Shown piece by piece: positions 47,283-48,435 of a stretch of DNA of 48,435 nucleotides. Origin of the DNA: Macrostomum lignano (Eukaryota). Each line of letters opens with the position of its first letter. Position 1 is the stretch's first letter. The notes under the pieces were generated by a model, which was given only the letters and a program-made list of their open reading frames with translations, did no database searches and was not told where the DNA came from. The stretch covers positions 1 to 48,435 of the forward strand of contig NIVC01004364.1 of NCBI GenBank assembly GCA_002269645.1, in the 5' to 3' direction. Position numbers and translations under genes: made by a program.

Positions 47283-48435
47283 TATGGTGTCAGTGAGGCT
47301 CTGTGGGTGTCAGTGAGGCTCTGTGGGTGCGAGAAGGCTCTGTGGGTGCAGTGAGGCTCTGTGGGTGTCAGTGAGGCTCTGTGGGTGTCAGTGAGGCTCT
47401 GTGGGTGTCAGTCAGGCTCTATGGGTGTCAGTGAGGCTCTGTGGGTGTCAGTGAGGCTCTGTGAGTGCCAGTGAAGCTCTGTGGGTGTCAGTGAGGCTCT
47501 GTGGGTGTCAGTGAGGCTCTGTGGGTGTCAGTAAGGCTCTATGGGTGTCAGTGAGGCTCTGTGGGTGCCAGTGAGGCTCTGTGGGTGTCAGTGAGGCTCT
47601 GTGGGTGCCAGTGAAGCTCTGTGGATGCCAGTGAGGCTCTGTGGGTGTCAGTGAGGCTCTGTGTGGGCCAGTGAGGCTCTGTGGGTGTCAGTGAGGCTCT
47701 GTGGGTGTCAGTGAGGCTCTGTGGGTCAGTGAGGCTCTGTGGTGTCAGTGAGGCTTGTGGGTGTCAGTGAGGCTCTGTGGGTGTCAGTGAGGCTCTGTGG
47801 TGTGTCAGTGAGGCTCTGTGGGTGTCAGTGAGGCTCTGTGGGTGTCAGTGAGGCTCTGTGGGTGTCAGTGAGGCTCTGTGGGTGTCAGTGAGGCTCTGTG
47901 GTGTCAGTGAGGCTCTGTGGGTGTCAGTGAGGCTCTGTGGGTGTCAGTGAGGCTCTGTGGGTGTCAGTGAGGCTCTGTGGGTGTCAGTGAGGCTCTGTGG
48001 GTGTCAGTGAGGCTCTGTGGGTGTCAGTGAGGCTCTGTGGGTGTCAGTGAGGCTCTGTGGGTGTCAGTGAGGCTCTGTGGGTGTCAGTGAGGCTCTGTGG
48101 GTGTCAGTGAGGCTCTGTGGGTGTCAGTGAGGCTCTGTGGGTGCAGTGAAGCTCTGTGGGTGTCAAGTGAGGCTCTGTGGGTGTCAGTGAGGCTCTGTGG
48201 GTGTCAGTGAGGCTCTGTGGGTGTCAGTGAGGCTCTGTGGGTGTCAGTGAGGCAGTCTGTGGGTGTCAGTGAGGCTCTGTGGGTGTCAGTGAGGCTCTGT
48301 GGGTGTCAGTGAGGCTCTGTGGGTGTCAGTGAGGCTCTGTGGGTGTCAGTGAGGCTCTGTGGGTGTCAGTGAGGCTCTGTGGGTGTCAGTGAGGCTCTGT
48401 GGGTGTCAGTGAGGCTCTGGTGGGTGTCAGTGAGG
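47283..48435. repeat. 20-bp minisatellite (gtgggtgtcagtgaggctct)n
   Basis: More than 50 units, running off the window end. Confidence 0.97.

Overview
Eukaryotic (animal) genomic DNA with GC-rich exons, GT-AG introns and introns packed with minisatellites. This organisation suggests a flatworm such as Macrostomum, which is an inference only. The window holds: (1) a multi-exon CCDC180-like gene on + (<1-17191); (2) an arrestin-domain gene nested antisense in one of its introns; (3) a cluster of four intact three-exon secreted genes, each combining a PAN/apple-like N-terminal module with an N-truncated fibrinogen-related domain, plus a decayed fifth fragment; (4) a Mediator subunit MED1 gene on + (~34342-44712) with a single LxxLL box; (5) exons of an unidentified minus-strand gene at the right end. 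Repeats include three CORE-type tRNA-SINE copies, a hAT MITE with an 8-bp TSD, a second TIR element, nested inverted repeats in an AT-rich tract and many tandem arrays. Several single-base indels in CCDC180, the arrestin gene and probably MED1 look like assembly errors. The best candidate for an undescribed system is the PAN-FReD cluster. Its copies are mosaics of each other, near-identical in the core of the fibrinogen domain but diversified at the predicted ligand-binding loop. All protein-family calls come from recalled motifs, not database searches.
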